This document shows, one piece after another, positions 28,914 through 32,000 of a DNA stretch of 32,000 nucleotides. The notes under the pieces are model-generated. The model saw nothing but the letters and a program-made list of their open reading frames with translations, was not told the origin of the DNA and made no database searches. This DNA comes from Candidatus Saccharimonadota bacterium. Lineage in GTDB: Bacteria; Bacteroidota; Bacteroidia; Cytophagales; Amoebophilaceae. Numbering within the stretch: position 1 is the first letter of the stretch; the number at the start of each line of letters is the position of its first letter. The stretch spans positions 210,001 through 242,000 of the forward strand of contig NZ_OW441264.1 of the NCBI RefSeq assembly GCF_936981045.1. Reading direction: 5' to 3'. The translations under genes and the position numbers were made by a program.

Positions 28914-29681
28914 TTAAGTGTTGGTCTTTTTCACAATGCCTTTATGGCTATTGCGTATAAAAGAGAGGATCATTTCTTTCTCTTGCGTATGGCCAACCTG
29001 TTTATCCACCTCTTCTAATGCCAGCGGCAACAATAATTGACTATGATAAATCAAACGGTAGGTATAGTATATGTTATTGCATTGTTCTTTAGTAAAGCCA
29101 TTCCGTTGTAAGGCAACCAGGTTGATACCATAATAGCGCAATGGTTCTCGTGCTACTTTAATAAAAGGGGGCACATCCTTACGCACAATACTTTTAGAAG
29201 CGACCATACTATAGGCCCCTACCCGCATAAACTGATGGACCGCTGCCATACCGCCTATTACAGCATGGTGGTGCAATTGTACATGGCCTGCCAATTGTGC
29301 TGCATTGGTTACGATCACATGATCGCCAATGATACAATCATGGGCAACATGTACATAAGCCATAAGCAATACATGGGACCCTATAAGGGTATTGCCAAAA
29401 GCACCTCTATTGAGGGTAACAAATTCACGTATAACCGTATGGTCCCCGACTTCCACATAGGTGCTTAAATTGGTTGCTTTACGCTCCTGTGCAGAGGCAC
29501 CAATAACCGCCCCTGGAAAAATCTGGCAGTTTTTTCCAATACGACTTCCAGACATAATGGTTGCATGAGGACCTATATAGGTACCATCACCTATGACTAC
29601 ATCTGCTTGAATCGTTACAAAATTACCTATGGTCACCGCTTTGCCCAGCAGAGCACTGGGATGGATATCAGCTTGCCTCAT
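28914..29681 (-). CDS. lpxA: Acyl-ACP--UDP-N-acetylglucosamine O-acyltransferase
   Basis: The ORF extends to 29732. The ATG at 29681 gives MRQADIHPSALLGKAVTIGNFVTIQADVVIGDGTYIGPHATI.. (hexapeptide repeats, LpxA-type N-terminus). The C-terminal helical domain has ..INLVALQRNGF. It overlaps the lpxC-fabZ stop by 14 nt. Confidence 0.92.
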   Translation of the reverse strand: MRQADIHPSALLGKAVTIGNFVTIQADVVIGDGTYIGPHATIMSGSRIGKNCQIFPGAVIGASAQERKATNLSTYVEVGDHTVIREFVTLNRGAFGNTLIGSHVLLMAYVHVAHDCIIGDHVIVTNAAQLAGHVQLHHHAVIGGMAAVHQFMRVGAYSMVASKSIVRKDVPPFIKVAREPLRYYGINLVALQRNGFTKEQCNNIYYTYRLIYHSQLLLPLALEEVDKQVGHTQEKEMILSFIRNSHKGIVKKTNT

Positions 29682-31095
29682 GTTGCTTGACAATTTGCGC
29701 CAATAATACTGCCTCACACACCAAATGCTCACCTACAAAAATACGTCCTTTTACCTTTGCAATCCCTACAGATTGCTTTTCAGTAGCACTAAATTTCACA
29801 TCTGCCAGCAATGCACAATGCAATACTAAGGTATCTCCAGGTACTACTATACGACGGAATTTGCACCTGTCAATAGCAAGAAAATAGGTCAAATATTGCG
29901 CTGGATCTGGTACCTTATGCAACACCAATATACCACCGGCTTGTGCCAATGCTTCTATTTGTAGAACGCCAGGCATAACAGGGGTGCAGGGAAAATGACC
30001 TTGAAAAAAAGGCTCATTCATCGTTACATTTTTAACCCCAACCACATAGGAATTACCTAACTCCATAATTTTATCTACCAACTGAAAAGGATAACGATGG
30101 GGCAACATTTTACTAATCTGCTTTACATCAAATAGCGGTGTAGCTTGTAGGTCACAAATGGGAGCTCCTTTTTGTTCTTGCATCCATACATGCTTTCTTA
30201 AAGCCGCTACGAAACGTATGTTGGCGCTATGCCCAGGCTTATGGACCACCAGCTTCCCTTGCAGAGGCCTACCCAATAAGGCTACATCACCGATCAGGTC
30301 TAATAATTTATGACGAGCTGGTTCATTGATATAGCGTAGAGAAGATAAACTAGACGGAGCAGGTGTTATCAAATTTTCAACCTGTTTACCAGATAATTGG
30401 GTGACCTGCTGCAACCGTTCTGTATTATCGGTATGATCAGAGAAAATAACCGCTTTGATAGGATCGCCTCCCTGTAGCAACCCTTTGCGATACAAGGCAA
30501 CGATGTCATCTAAATAGGTAAAAGTGCGGGCAGAAGCAATTTCTTTTTTAAAATGGGCTAATGTGGAGAGACTTGCATATTGATGCCCAATCGGCCATCT
30601 GTTGTAAGCAATGGTCACATGCAAGTTATAATCTGTATCAGGATAGACTTTATAATGGCTGCCGGTATAAGGATCATGATAGACAAACTTTTCCTTGAGT
30701 TTAAAAAACTTTCGGGAAGCTTCCTGTTGCAGCAGCCCTGCTTCTAATAGAAGATCTACAAAGGCTAATGCACTACCATCTATATCTGGCACTTCTGGTC
30801 CATTTAGTTGGATGCAAATATTATCCACTTGCAACCCTACAATGGCCGCTAACAAATGTTCGACAGTAGCTACCCGTGCTTGATCTTTTTCAAGAACGGT
30901 ACCTCTTTCTACTGCAATTGCATGGATTACCAATGCCTTTATAAAAGGCTGATCTGGAAGATCCACCCGTTGAAATTGTATGCCTGTATCAATGGGCATA
31001 GGGGCCAGTGTAACCTTAACCTTTCTACCCGTATGAAGCCCAATGCCTTCAAAACTAATGATACGTTGAATGGTCTGTTGTTGGCGTTGCATCAT
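29668..31095 (-). CDS. lpxC/fabZ: Bifunctional UDP-3-O-acyl-GlcNAc deacetylase / 3-hydroxyacyl-ACP dehydratase (LpxC-FabZ fusion)
   Basis: 475 aa. The N-terminal part is LpxC (QQTIQRIISFEGIGLHTGRKVKVTLAP.., ARTFTYLDD, HKLLDLIGDVALLG). The C-terminal part is FabZ (LPHRYPFQLVDKI.., NEPFFQGHFPCTPVMPGVLQIEALAQ). This fusion is characteristic of Bacteroidota. Confidence 0.96.
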   Translation of the reverse strand: MMQRQQQTIQRIISFEGIGLHTGRKVKVTLAPMPIDTGIQFQRVDLPDQPFIKALVIHAIAVERGTVLEKDQARVATVEHLLAAIVGLQVDNICIQLNGPEVPDIDGSALAFVDLLLEAGLLQQEASRKFFKLKEKFVYHDPYTGSHYKVYPDTDYNLHVTIAYNRWPIGHQYASLSTLAHFKKEIASARTFTYLDDIVALYRKGLLQGGDPIKAVIFSDHTDNTERLQQVTQLSGKQVENLITPAPSSLSSLRYINEPARHKLLDLIGDVALLGRPLQGKLVVHKPGHSANIRFVAALRKHVWMQEQKGAPICDLQATPLFDVKQISKMLPHRYPFQLVDKIMELGNSYVVGVKNVTMNEPFFQGHFPCTPVMPGVLQIEALAQAGGILVLHKVPDPAQYLTYFLAIDRCKFRRIVVPGDTLVLHCALLADVKFSATEKQSVGIAKVKGRIFVGEHLVCEAVLLAQIVKQHEAS

Positions 31096-31098
31096 AAA

Positions 31099-31245
31099 GA
31101 TCTTTTAAAAAGGATTTTATATGATACTTTTTGCTTGATCAAAAAGTATCCAAAAAATCAAGCCCTGTCTAAAAAGCTGCTGAAAGCCCAGTTTAGAGCT
31201 GGAAAAGCAGAAGCCACCCTGCACACTCTCCCACTAAACTGTTTT
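31099..31245 (+). repeat. Intergenic hairpin repeat R1, copy C (full length)
   Basis: It has an 11-bp stem, GATACTTTTTG-CTTGAT-CAAAAAGTATC (31123-31150), followed by CAAAAAATCAAGCCCTG..GCAGAAGCCACC... It starts 4 nt upstream of the lpxC-fabZ start codon, which is on the other strand. Confidence 0.85.
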
Positions 31246-31273
31246 TCTTTTCATCTGTAAGCTGCGCTTTCTG

Positions 31274-31310
31274 ATCGCCCCTTTTTAAAAGGGGCGATTT
31301 TTCTTGTTTT
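31274..31310 (+). terminator. Rho-independent terminator-like hairpin with T-tract (orphan)
   Basis: ATCGCCCCTTTT-T-AAAAGGGGCGAT is a perfect palindrome, followed by TTTTCTTGTTTT on the + strand. No + strand gene lies upstream of it in this window. Confidence 0.6.
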
Positions 31311-31395
31311 ATTCTATATTTAATAATCAGTAACGTTTATGCCTAAAAATTGACGCCATTGGCTCAGTGTATAGGGGTATTGTCGTCCTGGATAA

Positions 31396-32000
31396 AACTT
31401 GAGTTCGGGATTAGCTTGTTAAAAAATAGCTTTAAAAAGCTCCTTTGTGTTTTAAATTTGGAGATAAAAAAATACTAACCAGATTATCCAAAGGAGCCAG
31501 TTATGAATGTAGAAAAATTAGTTGAAATATATTATGCTGTTGATGAATTTCTCATAAAGTTTATGCCGTATATGGAAAAACAACTGTTAACCAACTCTAA
31601 AAGAAAACCTACTAGAACTTGTTCATTAACTTTGGGTGAAATAATGACTATTCTTATTGCCTTTCATGTGATTGGTTTTAGAAATTTTAAGTCTTATTAT
31701 ATTCATTTACAGCAATTTCATTCTAGTAAATTTGGAAAGTTAGTAAGCTAGAATAGATTTATAGAACTGATCCAAAGAACGTTAGTTCCCTTGTACTGTT
31801 TTACACAAAGTCTTTCTAAAACAAAAACAGGTTGTTATTTTATGGATGCAACAGCCATCAAGGTTTGCCATATCAAAAGAGCCTATACGCACAGGGTTTT
31901 TAAATCGATTGCTACTAAAGGTAAAACCAGCATCGGTTGGTTTTTTGGATTAAAGTTGCACTTGATAGTCAATGATTTAGGAGAAATCATGAATTTTCGA
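31396..32000 (+). mobile_element. IS982-family insertion sequence, left end and most of the transposase (runs off the window)
   Basis: The left terminal repeat AACTTGAGTTCGGGATT at 31396-31412 matches the MITE TIRs. The transposase reading frame begins at 31503. Confidence 0.8.
31503..32000 (+). pseudogene. IS982-family DDE transposase with an in-frame TAG (partial at window edge)
   Basis: MNVEKLVEIYYAVDEFL..LTLGEIMTILIAFHVIGFRNFKSYY..KFGKLVS then TAG (31749-31751). The same frame continues NRFIELIQRTLVPLYCF..GCYFMDATAIKVCHIKRAY..KGKTSIGWFFGLKLHLIVNDLGEIMNF. In IS982 transposases the motif is LVSYNRF, so the stop replaces a Tyr codon. Confidence 0.85.

Noticed and set aside
30856-31260. 134-aa + strand ORF upstream of lpxC-fabZ
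   Set aside because: Its first part is antisense to lpxC and the remainder reads through the R1 repeat, which is also non-coding in its other copies. It is a chance ORF.
31749-31751. The in-frame TAG in the IS982 transposase, considered as stop-codon recoding (readthrough or pyrrolysine-like)
   Set aside because: TAG is used as an ordinary stop by conserved genes in this window (e.g. rplV, rpsC, rpmJ, atpD), and nothing suggests recoding machinery. A nonsense mutation of a Tyr codon is the simplest explanation.

Overview
AT-rich bacterial chromosome segment with Bacteroidota hallmarks: a fused lpxC-fabZ gene, a Zn-free L36 ('[12 protein letters not shown]'), and S10-spc-alpha operon order. 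The load of decayed mobile elements suggests a host-associated or endosymbiotic lineage (Amoebophilaceae-like); that is inference only. Layout: (i) 1-14.0 kb is one uninterrupted + strand ribosomal superoperon from the rpsJ 3' end and rplC through rplQ, including secY, infA, rpmJ and rpoA. (ii) 14.0-17.0 kb is a mobile-element graveyard holding an apparently intact but ORF-less group II intron ribozyme, an IS110-family transposase pseudogene, an IS3-like orfA fragment, a decayed MITE and a hairpin repeat. (iii) 17.0-19.7 kb carries an orphan outer-membrane beta-barrel gene and pheS. (iv) 19.7-20.4 kb is a nested repeat/MITE island. (v) 20.4-31.1 kb on the - strand carries lpxC-fabZ, lpxA, atpD, skp, two SurA/parvulin-like chaperone genes, ftsA and ftsZ. 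(vi) 31.1-32.0 kb carries a repeat copy, an orphan terminator and an IS982-family transposase pseudogene that runs off the window. I found no tRNA, rRNA or CRISPR array, and no multi-gene novel defence or secretion-type system. The most noteworthy signals are non-coding: the ORF-less group II intron just downstream of the r-protein operon, a four-copy hairpin-bearing intergenic repeat that mostly points at adjacent gene starts, an IS982-derived MITE, and several synteny gaps (no ftsQ/mur, atpC, map or lpxD where expected). All calls come from reading the sequence and ORF translations; no database search was possible.
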